Part shown: in pieces, positions 23,981 to 32,337 of the stretch
How the letters are laid out: each line of letters opens with the position of its first letter
How positions within the stretch are numbered: the first letter of the stretch is position 1
Assembly: GCA_031459385.1 (NCBI GenBank)
Contig: JAVKIP010000021.1
Location: 1-48,169, forward strand
Length of the DNA stretch: 48,169 nt
From: Candidatus Fervidifonticultor secundus
GTDB lineage: Bacteria; Sysuimicrobiota; Sysuimicrobiia; Sysuimicrobiales; Humicultoraceae
Direction of reading: 5' to 3'
Position numbers and translations under genes: made by a program
The notes under the pieces: generated by a model
Seen by the model: only the letters and a program-made list of their open reading frames with translations
What the model was told of the DNA's origin: nothing
Database searches by the model: none

Positions 23981-24763
23981 ATGGCCGCGGCAGGCGCTGA
24001 CACCGTCGACGCCGTCGCTCGTGCCCTGTGGCGCAGCGCCGTCTACCGGTTCTTCTCGCAGGCCCTGCTCCCACCGGACCGGTGGCGGGAGCCGCCTGTG
24101 CCGCCGGGGCCGCGTCCGGCCGGCACCGCAGCCGGCGGGGAGGACGCCGGTGCGCCCGCCAGCACGACCGACGGCCCGGCCACCGCCGTGGCTGCGGCAG
24201 CACGCACCCTGACAGCGGCCGACCCCCCGGCACTGGCCGCCGCCTACGTCGAGACCTTCGGGCACCTCGTGGGGCCCCGCTGCCCGCTCTACGAGGCCCA
24301 GTATATCCCCGGCGGCATCTTCGCCCAGGCGCAGTGCGCCAGCGACATCGCCGGCTTCTATCGGGCGTTCGGTCTCGAGGTGGCCGACCACGCGCAGGAG
24401 CGCCCGGACCATATCAGCGTCGAGCTGGAGTTCATGCACGTCCTGGCATACCGGGAAGCGTATGCCCGCACACACCACGGTTGCGCGCAGGTCGCGCAGC
24501 TGGTGGACGCGCAGCGCCAGTTCCTCCAGGACCACCTTGGACGGTGGGTGCCAGCGCTGGCCCGGGTCACACAGACCGAGGCTCCGGGCCTCTACGCGCA
24601 GGTGCTCGACGCGTTGACGGCGTGGATCACGGCCGACGCGGCCGCACAGGGTGCGACCGTCGAGCCCGAAGCCGCGCTGGCGCCGCGGGCCGACCTCCCG
24701 GGTCTCGAGGACGACCGGGCAGGGTGCGGGCCCGCACGCTGCCCGCTGGGGGTCGTCCCGTGA
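23981..24763 (+). CDS. TorD/DmsD-family chaperone of the NXR-like enzyme
   Basis: CPLYEAQY, DIAGFYRAFG, ERPDHISVELEFM, FLQDHLGRW. Confidence 0.9.
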   Translation: MAAAGADTVDAVARALWRSAVYRFFSQALLPPDRWREPPVPPGPRPAGTAAGGEDAGAPASTTDGPATAVAAAARTLTAADPPALAAAYVETFGHLVGPRCPLYEAQYIPGGIFAQAQCASDIAGFYRAFGLEVADHAQERPDHISVELEFMHVLAYREAYARTHHGCAQVAQLVDAQRQFLQDHLGRWVPALARVTQTEAPGLYAQVLDALTAWITADAAAQGATVEPEAALAPRADLPGLEDDRAGCGPARCPLGVVP

Positions 24764-25707
24764 CCGACACGGCCGTGCGGGTCCCGGTCGTCCGCTACCA
24801 GGCAGAGCTGGTGGAAGCGGTGGTGCAGCGCGAGCTCGCCCGCCGCTGGCAGGCTGGCGAGCGCCACTGGCACGAGCGGTACCGTAAGGCCGCTGACCGC
24901 CTGTACGTGCTCCACCCGGAACCCGCTGCCCGCGCCGCGGCGTTCCACCGCCTGCACGCCGGCCTCTTCGACGAGCTGGGGTGCGGGCGTCCCGTCGTCC
25001 AGGCGTTGGAGCGCGCCCGGGTGCCCGCCACGGTGGTGCTCGTCGCCCGCGCACGAACCCCCGACGAGGAAGAGGCCGATCTGACCGACGAGGGGGCGAC
25101 CCTGGGCCTGCGGATCATGGCAGAGCGCTTCGGCACACCGGACCTGGAACGCCTGCTGGATCACGAGCTCGGGCACGTCGCCGATATCGTGGATCCTGTC
25201 TTCGAGTATGGCCGCGCCGCCATCGGCGGCCCGGTCGCCCAGGGGCTAGTGGGTGCCCGGTTCGGCCTGCTGTGGGACTGCGTCGTCGATGGGCGGACGG
25301 CGCGGGCCGGCCGCACGCCGCTGCGCACACGCCAGGAATATGACACCGCGCTCCCCCGGCTCTTCCCACAGGTTCCGTCGGCAGCGGCCGCCGTGGTCGT
25401 GGGCCGGCTGTGGGACGGGATGCGGCCGACCTTCGACGAGCTGGTACGCTTCGCCGTGGATCCCCACGCGCTCGCCCGCTGGAGCGGTGTGCACCTGGAC
25501 CAGGACGAGGGGCCCGGCGGGCGGTCGGGGCCGGGCGCGCCGTGTCCCCTGTGCCGGTTCCCCACGCATGCGTGGGCGTCGCCGGTCCCCGAAGGCATCG
25601 TTGCCCTCATCGCGACCGACTTCCCGGGCTGGTCTCCCGCCGAGGGAGCGTGTGAGCGGTGCGTGGAACGCTACGCCGTTGCGGCGGAGTTGGGAGGTGC
25701 GCTGTGA
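24760..25707 (+). CDS. Hypothetical protein with HExxH motif and C-terminal CxxC...CxxC
   Basis: GTG overlaps the upstream stop; LDHELGHVADIVDP; CPLCRFPTHAW...CERC. Confidence 0.75.
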   Translation: MTDTAVRVPVVRYQAELVEAVVQRELARRWQAGERHWHERYRKAADRLYVLHPEPAARAAAFHRLHAGLFDELGCGRPVVQALERARVPATVVLVARARTPDEEEADLTDEGATLGLRIMAERFGTPDLERLLDHELGHVADIVDPVFEYGRAAIGGPVAQGLVGARFGLLWDCVVDGRTARAGRTPLRTRQEYDTALPRLFPQVPSAAAAVVVGRLWDGMRPTFDELVRFAVDPHALARWSGVHLDQDEGPGGRSGPGAPCPLCRFPTHAWASPVPEGIVALIATDFPGWSPAEGACERCVERYAVAAELGGAL

Positions 25708-26624
25708 GACCGGTGCGGGTCGCCACCCCGGTGCGGATCTTCCAGCTGGCAGTCAGGCTCGCGGGCGGAGCGCTGGCGTGCACGCTGGCCCTGGGAGTCG
25801 CCGTGCTGACCGCGGTGGGCCAGACGCAGCAGCCGCCCATCGTCGTGCGGTATACCTCCGCCCGCGTGCCCGTCGACCCTGCCGCGGCGGAGCAGACCTT
25901 CGCGCAGGCCCAGACCCGGGTGATCCCCCTGGTCCCGCAAAACGTCGTCAAGCCCTTTGGCGGCGGGGCGGTGCGCGAGGTGCGCGTGCGCGCGTTGCAC
26001 GACGGGAAGATGCTCTACTGGGAACTGTCGTGGGCCGATGCGACGGAGGACCGCATGCCGCCGCGCGCGACCGCGTTCACTGACGCCCTGGCCGTGCAGT
26101 TCCCCGTCCGCTACGAACCCGGCCGGCTACCAAGCCCGATCATGGGCGAGGCCGCACGCCCGGTGAACATCTGGCAGTGGAAGGCCGCCTGGCAGGACGA
26201 CCTGACCCGCGGGCGCGACCTGCGCGCCGCGTTCCCGAACATGTTCGTCGACTACTACTACGACGTGCACCTTGCCAGGACCGCGCAGGCACGAGCGGGC
26301 TTCAATGCCGGGCTGGCCGCCGGCAACCCTGTCTCCCGGTTGCGGCGCACCTCAGCGGCCGAGGACCTGGTGGCATGGGGCTACGGGACCCTGACGCACC
26401 AGCCGCGTCAGGACGTCGTGGGGTTCGGGCGCTGGCGGGGTGGGCGGTGGACCGTGGTCCTGGCCCGTCCGCTGGCCACGCCCGACGAGATGGACGCGCA
26501 GTTCCAACCCGGCGGGTCCACGGTGATCAACTTCGCGGTGTGGGACGGGAGCCACGAGGAACGCAACGGCCAGAAGAACGTGACCCTGGTCTGGTGGGAG
26601 GTGCGCCTGGAGCCGGTGCCCTAG
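25704..26624 (+). CDS. Heme-b gamma subunit (ethylbenzene dehydrogenase/NxrC, DOMON-like)
   Basis: Signal-like N-terminus; WADAT, FTDALAVQFP, IMG...PVNIWQWKA, EDLVAWGYGTLT, WTVVLARPL, FAVWDG..ERNGQK. Confidence 0.88.
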   Translation: MRPVRVATPVRIFQLAVRLAGGALACTLALGVAVLTAVGQTQQPPIVVRYTSARVPVDPAAAEQTFAQAQTRVIPLVPQNVVKPFGGGAVREVRVRALHDGKMLYWELSWADATEDRMPPRATAFTDALAVQFPVRYEPGRLPSPIMGEAARPVNIWQWKAAWQDDLTRGRDLRAAFPNMFVDYYYDVHLARTAQARAGFNAGLAAGNPVSRLRRTSAAEDLVAWGYGTLTHQPRQDVVGFGRWRGGRWTVVLARPLATPDEMDAQFQPGGSTVINFAVWDGSHEERNGQKNVTLVWWEVRLEPVP

Positions 26625-26667
26625 CGACGCCCGCCGGGTCCTGATCCCCCCGCCGCCCGAGACAAGA

Positions 26668-26713
26668 ATCGGGGCGCCGCCCGATGGCGGGGCGCCACAG
26701 TTTCCGCTAGCCT
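26668..26713 (+). promoter_or_regulatory. Palindromic box plus -10-like hexamer (cupredoxin/radical SAM operon)
   Basis: ATCGGG-GCGCCG-CCCGAT (26668-26685), 22 nt, TAGCCT (26708-26713). Confidence 0.75.
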
Positions 26714-26743
26714 GAGCGTACCACGTGGAGAGGGACGGCGCCG

Positions 26744-27202
26744 ATGAACCGTGGCAACGGGCTCGCGTCCGTCGCACTCATTCTCTCGGTCCTGGCACTC
26801 CTGGTCGCCGGATGGGGGTATCTGTCCCGTCCCCGGGCCGCGCCCACGGCGGCGGCACCTGCCAGGGTGGCGCTCTCGATGATCGTCGCCACGTTCTCCG
26901 GCCAGGGTGTGTTCGCGCACCGCTGGTATCCCACCATGATGGTCGTCCGCGAAGGCGACACCGTAGACCTGGCCGTGGCGAACCCCGATCAGGTCACGCA
27001 CCAGCTCGAGATCGTCACCCCCAACGGCACGGCGATCCGGTCAAAGGCGCTGGCGCCGGGCGCCAGCGACCGCCTGACGCTCGTCGCCGACCAGGTGGGG
27101 GTCTACGAGTACCACTGCGCGCTCCCCTACGACCCCGCCAGAGGACAGTGCACGCCCGACCACGAGCAGATGCGCGGCTACCTGATCGTCACCGGGAGGT
27201 GA
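26744..27202 (+). CDS. Membrane-anchored cupredoxin 1
   Basis: N-terminal TM; VREGDTV.L.V.N.D..THQL; GVYEYHC-x10-C-x3-H-x2-M-RG. Confidence 0.8.
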   Translation: MNRGNGLASVALILSVLALLVAGWGYLSRPRAAPTAAAPARVALSMIVATFSGQGVFAHRWYPTMMVVREGDTVDLAVANPDQVTHQLEIVTPNGTAIRSKALAPGASDRLTLVADQVGVYEYHCALPYDPARGQCTPDHEQMRGYLIVTGR

Positions 27203-27212
27203 GCCCGGCACC

Positions 27213-27671
27213 GTGAGATCCGCACCCCCCTGGTCGGCGCTGGTTGCGGTCGTTCTCAGCGCGGCGGCACTGGCGCTCGCGGTGCTGTCGGCGTCGTCGG
27301 CGTCCCGGCCACCGGCCGGTCCGCCGGCCACCGTGGACCTCACGCTACTGATCACGGCCACCGGTGGGCCCACGCCGCAGGCGACCCATCACGCCTACAA
27401 CCCGCAGATGATCGTGGCGCGCCGCGGCGACCTGCTGCGCCTGCGGGTGATGAACCTCTCGCTCTTCACCCACGGCCTCGTCTTCGAGGGCCTCGACGCG
27501 CGCACGCAGGCGCTGTACGGCGGCGCCGAGGAGGCGGTCAGCGTCGTCGCCGGCAAAGGAGGTGTCTTCCCCTACCGGTGCTACATCCCCTACGATCCCG
27601 TGGCGAGGTCCTGCTCGCCAGACCACGAGACGATGGTCGGGTACCTGGTCGTCCTCGATGACGGCCGCTGA
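27213..27671 (+). CDS. Membrane-anchored cupredoxin 2 (paralog)
   Basis: N-terminal TM; RRGDLLRLRVMN...THGL; GVFPYRC-x10-C-x3-H-x2-M-VG. Confidence 0.8.
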   Translation: MRSAPPWSALVAVVLSAAALALAVLSASSASRPPAGPPATVDLTLLITATGGPTPQATHHAYNPQMIVARRGDLLRLRVMNLSLFTHGLVFEGLDARTQALYGGAEEAVSVVAGKGGVFPYRCYIPYDPVARSCSPDHETMVGYLVVLDDGR

Positions 27672-28845
27672 GGGGAACAGCCAGGGCGCCAGCACACGAC
27701 GCGCACCCGGGGCCGCCTGCTCGGAGGCCCCGAAGGTACGCGACCATCAGGGTGGCCCGCCATACGTCTTCGGCAGGGCGCCGGTGATGCTTTACTGGGA
27801 GATCACGCGCGCCTGTGACCTGGCCTGCCTCCACTGCCGGGCCGAGGCGATGCCGCACCGACATCCGCAGGAACTCGACACGGAAGCAGCCGCCGCCTTC
27901 CTGGCCCAGATCCGCGACTTCGGCGAGCCCTTCCCCCACCTGGTCATCACGGGCGGCGACCCGCTCAAGCGGCCCGACCTGGACCACCTGATCGCCGAAG
28001 CCCGGCGCCTGCGCCTGCCGGTCTCCCTGGCGCCGAGCGCCACGCCGCTGCTGACGCCGCGGCGCCTGCAACACCTGCGGGACGCGGGGCTCTTGGGCCT
28101 GAGCCTGAGCCTCGACGGCGCCACCGCCGCGCGGCACGACGCGGTGCGCGGCGTCAGCGGGACGTTCACCCACACCCTCGGCCTGGCCCGTGCCGCGGCA
28201 GCGCTGGGCCTGCCGCTGCAGGTCAACACGCTGGTGAGCGCTGAGACGCTGCAGGACCTGCCGCCCCTCCTGGACCTGGTCGGGACCCTGCGCGTGCACC
28301 GCTGGAGCCTGTTCCTGCTGATCGCGGTCGGGCGGGGCCGCGTGCTGCGCGGCATCACGCCTGCCCAGGCCGAGGCGCTCTGCCACTGGCTCGCGGCGCG
28401 GGCGCAGGACGCGCCCTTCGCCATCGCTGCCACCGAGGCGCCTTTCTACCGGCGGGTAGTGGTGCAGCGGCTGCGCCGGGCCGGCATCACCGACCGGATG
28501 ATTGCCGTCACGCCGGTGGGCCGGTCGTTCGGCATCCGCGACGGCAACGGGATCGCGTTCGTCTCACACACGGGCGACGTACAGCCGTCAGGGTTCCTGC
28601 CGGTGCGCGCCGGGAACGTGCGCGACGACCCCGTCGTGCGCCTCTACCGTCACGCCTCCGTCTTCGTCCGGCTGCGGGATCCCGACAGCTTTCGCGGGAA
28701 GTGCGGGTACTGTTCCTTCCGCCACCTCTGCGGTGGGTCACGGGCCCGGGCGTTCGCCCACACCGGCGACTATCTGGCGTCAGACCCGCTGTGCGCCTAC
28801 CAGCCAGAGCCGGCGCCCACCCCCCGCGATCCCACCGCCGCGTAA
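27658..28845 (+). CDS. Radical SAM/SPASM protein (NirJ/AhbC/AhbD-like, possibly heme biosynthesis)
   Basis: WEITRACDLACLHCRA, TGGDPL, SLDG, DGNGIAFVSHTGDVQPSGFLP, KCGYC..RHLCGGSRARA..DPLC. Start uncertain. Confidence 0.88.
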   Translation: MTAAEGNSQGASTRRAPGAACSEAPKVRDHQGGPPYVFGRAPVMLYWEITRACDLACLHCRAEAMPHRHPQELDTEAAAAFLAQIRDFGEPFPHLVITGGDPLKRPDLDHLIAEARRLRLPVSLAPSATPLLTPRRLQHLRDAGLLGLSLSLDGATAARHDAVRGVSGTFTHTLGLARAAAALGLPLQVNTLVSAETLQDLPPLLDLVGTLRVHRWSLFLLIAVGRGRVLRGITPAQAEALCHWLAARAQDAPFAIAATEAPFYRRVVVQRLRRAGITDRMIAVTPVGRSFGIRDGNGIAFVSHTGDVQPSGFLPVRAGNVRDDPVVRLYRHASVFVRLRDPDSFRGKCGYCSFRHLCGGSRARAFAHTGDYLASDPLCAYQPEPAPTPRDPTAA

Positions 28846-28853
28846 GCGGCGTC

Positions 28854-29135
28854 CTACGCCGCCCGGCCCTTGAAGTACCGGTCGTAGAGCCGCAGGAGCT
28901 TCTGTCCCTCCCGCTTCGCCTGTTCCCAGGCATCGCGGAACTCCCAGGCCGTCGTCTGGGCCTCCTCCAGCGCGCGGCGGTGCGCCCGCGCGGCATACGT
29001 GGCAGCCTGGCGCAGTTGCTGACGCTCCCGACGCAGCCGCTGGCGCTCGCGTTCGAGGATCTCCCGGTGCAGGTCCAGTGCCCGGAGCGACGCGGCACGG
29101 ACGGCCCGCAGCGCCCGGCGGTGTTCAGCAAGCAC
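28854..29135 (-). CDS. Small basic coiled-coil hypothetical protein (93 aa)
   Basis: GGAGG RBS upstream of GTG at 29135; has its own box plus -10 promoter on the minus strand; helical R/E/Q-rich sequence ending LYDRYFKGRAA. Confidence 0.65.
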   Translation of the reverse strand: MLAEHRRALRAVRAASLRALDLHREILERERQRLRRERQQLRQAATYAARAHRRALEEAQTTAWEFRDAWEQAKREGQKLLRLYDRYFKGRAA

Positions 29136-29154
29136 GGCGACACCTCCCCGCGTC

Positions 29155-29200
29155 ACCGTACCGGGGCACCGTGCCACCGCCCATCGGGTGCCCGCCCGAT
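29155..29200 (-). promoter_or_regulatory. Palindromic box plus -10-like hexamer, minus-strand promoter
   Basis: Minus strand ATCGGG-CGGGCA-CCCGAT (29200-29183), 22 nt, TACGGT (29160-29155). Confidence 0.7.
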
Positions 29201-29237
29201 TTGCGCGCGCAAAACGCGCGATGCGCCGCCGGCCAGA

Positions 29238-29283
29238 ATCGGGCCGCCGCCGGATTGTGAGGCCACAGGCGCTTCCCTAGTGT
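29238..29283 (+). promoter_or_regulatory. Palindromic box plus -10-like hexamer (rrf2-nos operon)
   Basis: ATCGGG-CCGCCG-CCGGAT (29238-29255), 22 nt, TAGTGT (29278-29283). Confidence 0.7.
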
Positions 29284-29289
29284 CGAAGG

Positions 29290-29318
29290 CGACAAAGCGT
29301 GTGGATTTCTCCGATTCG
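29290..29318 (+). promoter_or_regulatory. Putative repressor (Rrf2?) operator, copy 2
   Basis: CGACAAA-N6-GGATTTCTCCGATTCG abuts the Rrf2 ATG and matches 18688-18716. Confidence 0.55.
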
Positions 29319-29798
29319 ATGGAGCTGAGTCGCGCTACCCAGTTCGCCCTGCGGACCGTCCTCGATTTGGCGATCAACGGTCCAGGGCGCACTGCCGAGA
29401 TCGCGCGGCGGCGCGGGATCCCCCCCGCGGCCGCCGCCAAGGTGGTGCAGGCCATGGTACGCGGCGGCGTCGTGCGCACCGCACGCGGCGCCGGGGGCGG
29501 GGTCCGCCTGGCGCGCGCGCCCGCGGCGGTCTCGCTGCGCGATGTCGTGGAGAGCGTTGAAGGCCCCATGGCCATCGCCCGGTGCCTGGTCTGGGACGAC
29601 TGCCCGTGCGTCCAGCCCTGCCCGGTGCGGCTGGCCCTGGGGCGCCTGCAGCGCGAGGTCGTGGCCCTGCTGGAGCGCACGACGCTGGCCGATCTGGCCG
29701 CCGACGCGCGCCATCTGGAGGAGGCGCGTGGCGCTGACGCCGTCGATCGCCGTGGGAACGCCCGAGCGCTCGGATCACCCGCACGTGAAGATCACTAA
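29319..29798 (+). CDS. Rrf2-family Fe-S transcriptional regulator 1
   Basis: MELSRATQFALR, EIARRRGIP, RGAGGGVRLAR, VEGP, CLVWDDCPCVQPCP, TTLADL. Confidence 0.92.
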   Translation: MELSRATQFALRTVLDLAINGPGRTAEIARRRGIPPAAAAKVVQAMVRGGVVRTARGAGGGVRLARAPAAVSLRDVVESVEGPMAIARCLVWDDCPCVQPCPVRLALGRLQREVVALLERTTLADLAADARHLEEARGADAVDRRGNARALGSPAREDH

Positions 29799-29816
29799 CC
29801 AAGAGGAGGGAGCCCT

Positions 29817-31814
29817 ATGAAGCGCGCAAGCACAGCCATCGCCCTGCTGGTAGCGGTGGTGTTGATCGTGGGCGCGTACCTGGCGGGCGCACGGTCCGCG
29901 GCCCGGTACGCGGCCTTCGCCGACGCCAGCGCGATTGCCGCCGCCCGTGGGCTGCAGCCGGCCGATGTGGCCGGCGCGGTCCGTACGTTCGTCCCGCCGG
30001 GCCAGGCCGACGAGTACATCATGTTCTCGTCGGGCGGGCACTCCGGGCAGGTGCTGGTGGTGGGCCTGCCGTCGATGCGCCTGTTGAAGGTGATCGCCAC
30101 GTTCTCCACCGAGCCCTGGCAGGGCTTCGGCTACGGCGCCGACTGGTCCGAGCAGACCCTGGACGAGGGCACGGCCAACGGCGAGGCCAACGGCCGGGCG
30201 CCGGCGCGGCTGACCTGGGGCGACACGCACCACCCGGCCCTGTCAGAGACCAACGGCGAGTACGACGGCCGCTGGCTGTACATCAACGACCGGGCCAACG
30301 GCCGGATCGCCATGATCGACCTGCGCGACCTCAAGGTCAAGCAGCTCGTGCAGATCCCCAACATGCAGACCTCGCACGGCGGGGTCTTCGCCACGCCCAA
30401 CACCGACTACGTCCACGTCTCCAGCAAGATCCCCACGGTGTGGGGTGGCGGCTACGCGCCGCTGGAGCAGTACAGGGAGCGCTACCGAGGCGTCTCGGCC
30501 TGGCTGGCCGTGGACAAGCAGACCGGGCGGATCGACCTGTCGCGCTCGTTCCAGATCGAGCTGCCGCCGTACAACCAGGACCTGGCCGACGCAGGCAAGC
30601 TGGCCAGCGACGGATGGGGCTTCATCAACTCCTACAACACCGAGATGGCCACGGGCGGCAACATGGAAGGTAAGCCCGCCATCGAGGCCGGCGCCTCGAA
30701 GAACGACTTCGACTTCCTCCACATCATCAACTGGAAGAAGGCCGAGGAGGTCGTGCGGGCCGGCAAGTTCGAGATGCGCAACGGCGTGCGGGTGATCCCG
30801 TTGAAGACGGCGGTGGCCGAGGGCATCCTGTACTTCGCGCCCGAACCCCGCAGCCCCCACGGGGTCGACGTGGCACCCAACGGCCGCTACATCGTCGTGT
30901 CGGGCAAGCTCGACCCCCACACCACGGTCTACGACATCGAGAAGATCAAGCAGGCCATCGCCCAGAAGGCCTTCGAGGGCACCGATCCGTTCGGTGTGCC
31001 GATCCTGAAGTTCGACGCGGTGGTGGCCGGCCGCGTGGCGGTGGGCAATGGCCCCCTCCACACCCAGTTCGACGACAAGGGCTACGCGTACACCAGCCTG
31101 TTCGTAGACAGCGCCGTGGCCAAGTGGACGCTGGGCGAGCCCTACTTCAAAGGCGACCAGGCGTTCAAGCTGGTCGACAAGGTGTCGGTCCACTACAACA
31201 TCGGGCATCTGGCCACTGCCGAGGGCGACACCGTCAGCCCCGACGGGAAGTACCTGGTGGCGCTCAACAAGTGGTCGATCGACCGGTACCCGGTGCTGGG
31301 CCCGCTGCACCCGCAGAACTTCCAGCTCGTGGACCTGACCGGGCAGAAGCTCAAGGTCGTCTACGACATGCCGATCCCCAACGCCGAGCCGCACTACGCG
31401 CAGATCATCAAGGCCGACAAGCTCAAGCCCTGGGCGGTCTACCCGGCGGGGACGGACATCCGCACCATGCAGCGCAGCCCCTACGCGACCGAGCGCGGCA
31501 AAGAGCGTGTGGTGCGCACGGGGACGACGGTCGAGGTGTGGATGACCGCGGCCCGCAGCAACTTCCGGCCCGACGTGGTGCGGGTGAAGAAGGGCGATAC
31601 CGTCATCCTGCACATCACCAACACCGAGAAGGTCCGGGACGCGACCCACGGGTTCGCCATCCCCGAGTACAACGTCCAGATGAGCATCGACCCGGGCGAG
31701 ACGGTTACGGCGCGGTTCGTGGCCAGCAAACCCGGCGCCTTCTCGTTCTACTGCACCGAGTTCTGCTCGGCCCTCCACCTGGAGATGCAGGGCTGGCTGC
31801 TGGTCGAGCCCTAG
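29817..31814 (+). CDS. nosZ: Sec-pathway (clade II) nitrous oxide reductase
   Basis: FSSGGHSGQ, WGDTHHP, SPHGVD, GPLHTQF, YNIGH, NKWSIDR, EPHY; CuA THGF...CTEFCSALHLEM; no twin-arginine motif. Confidence 0.96.
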   Translation: MKRASTAIALLVAVVLIVGAYLAGARSAARYAAFADASAIAAARGLQPADVAGAVRTFVPPGQADEYIMFSSGGHSGQVLVVGLPSMRLLKVIATFSTEPWQGFGYGADWSEQTLDEGTANGEANGRAPARLTWGDTHHPALSETNGEYDGRWLYINDRANGRIAMIDLRDLKVKQLVQIPNMQTSHGGVFATPNTDYVHVSSKIPTVWGGGYAPLEQYRERYRGVSAWLAVDKQTGRIDLSRSFQIELPPYNQDLADAGKLASDGWGFINSYNTEMATGGNMEGKPAIEAGASKNDFDFLHIINWKKAEEVVRAGKFEMRNGVRVIPLKTAVAEGILYFAPEPRSPHGVDVAPNGRYIVVSGKLDPHTTVYDIEKIKQAIAQKAFEGTDPFGVPILKFDAVVAGRVAVGNGPLHTQFDDKGYAYTSLFVDSAVAKWTLGEPYFKGDQAFKLVDKVSVHYNIGHLATAEGDTVSPDGKYLVALNKWSIDRYPVLGPLHPQNFQLVDLTGQKLKVVYDMPIPNAEPHYAQIIKADKLKPWAVYPAGTDIRTMQRSPYATERGKERVVRTGTTVEVWMTAARSNFRPDVVRVKKGDTVILHITNTEKVRDATHGFAIPEYNVQMSIDPGETVTARFVASKPGAFSFYCTEFCSALHLEMQGWLLVEP

Positions 31815-31828
31815 CACGCTGAGGCCCG

Positions 31829-31855
31829 CGGGGAGGGGCCCTTTGCCCCTCCCCG
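31829..31855 (+). other. 11-bp perfect GC hairpin between nosZ and nosL
   Basis: CGGGGAGGGGC-CCTTT-GCCCCTCCCCG, abutting the nosL RBS, with no U-tract. Confidence 0.7.
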
Positions 31856-31866
31856 GGAGGCCGACG

Positions 31867-32337
31867 ATGGAGATGACGCGACGACGGCTCCTGACCCTGG
31901 CGGTCGCCGGCACCGCGGGCACGGTGGCAGCGCCCGCGCTGTGGGCCCTCGTGGGCCGGTCGGATGATGCCGGCCCGCCGGCGATCCGCTACGGCGTCGA
32001 CCGCTGCCAGGCCTGCGGCATGCTCATCGCCGACGCGCGCTTCGCCGCCGCGGCGCGCGTGAACGGGCAGGCCCGGCGCTACGACGACATCGGCTGCCTG
32101 CTGCGCGACGCCAGGGCGGCGCTGGCCGCGGGCGCGGCGGCCTGGGTGCACGACCTGCCCAGCGAGCGCTGGGTGGACGCGGCCGGCGCCTGGTACGTGC
32201 GGCCCGCCGGCCTGCGGACGCCCATGGGGTCGGGGCTGGCCGCCTACGCCGACCGCGACGCGGCCCGCGCCGCCCATCCCACGGCGCGGGTGCGGCCGTT
32301 CGCCGAGCTGCTGGCGGCCGGGGAGGCGGGCTCGTGA
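31867..32337 (+). CDS. nosL: NosL-family copper chaperone
   Basis: DRCQACGMLIAD.RFAA, YDDIGCL, WVDA..AWYV, TPMGSGL.AY. Confidence 0.88.
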   Translation: MEMTRRRLLTLAVAGTAGTVAAPALWALVGRSDDAGPPAIRYGVDRCQACGMLIADARFAAAARVNGQARRYDDIGCLLRDARAALAAGAAAWVHDLPSERWVDAAGAWYVRPAGLRTPMGSGLAAYADRDAARAAHPTARVRPFAELLAAGEAGS

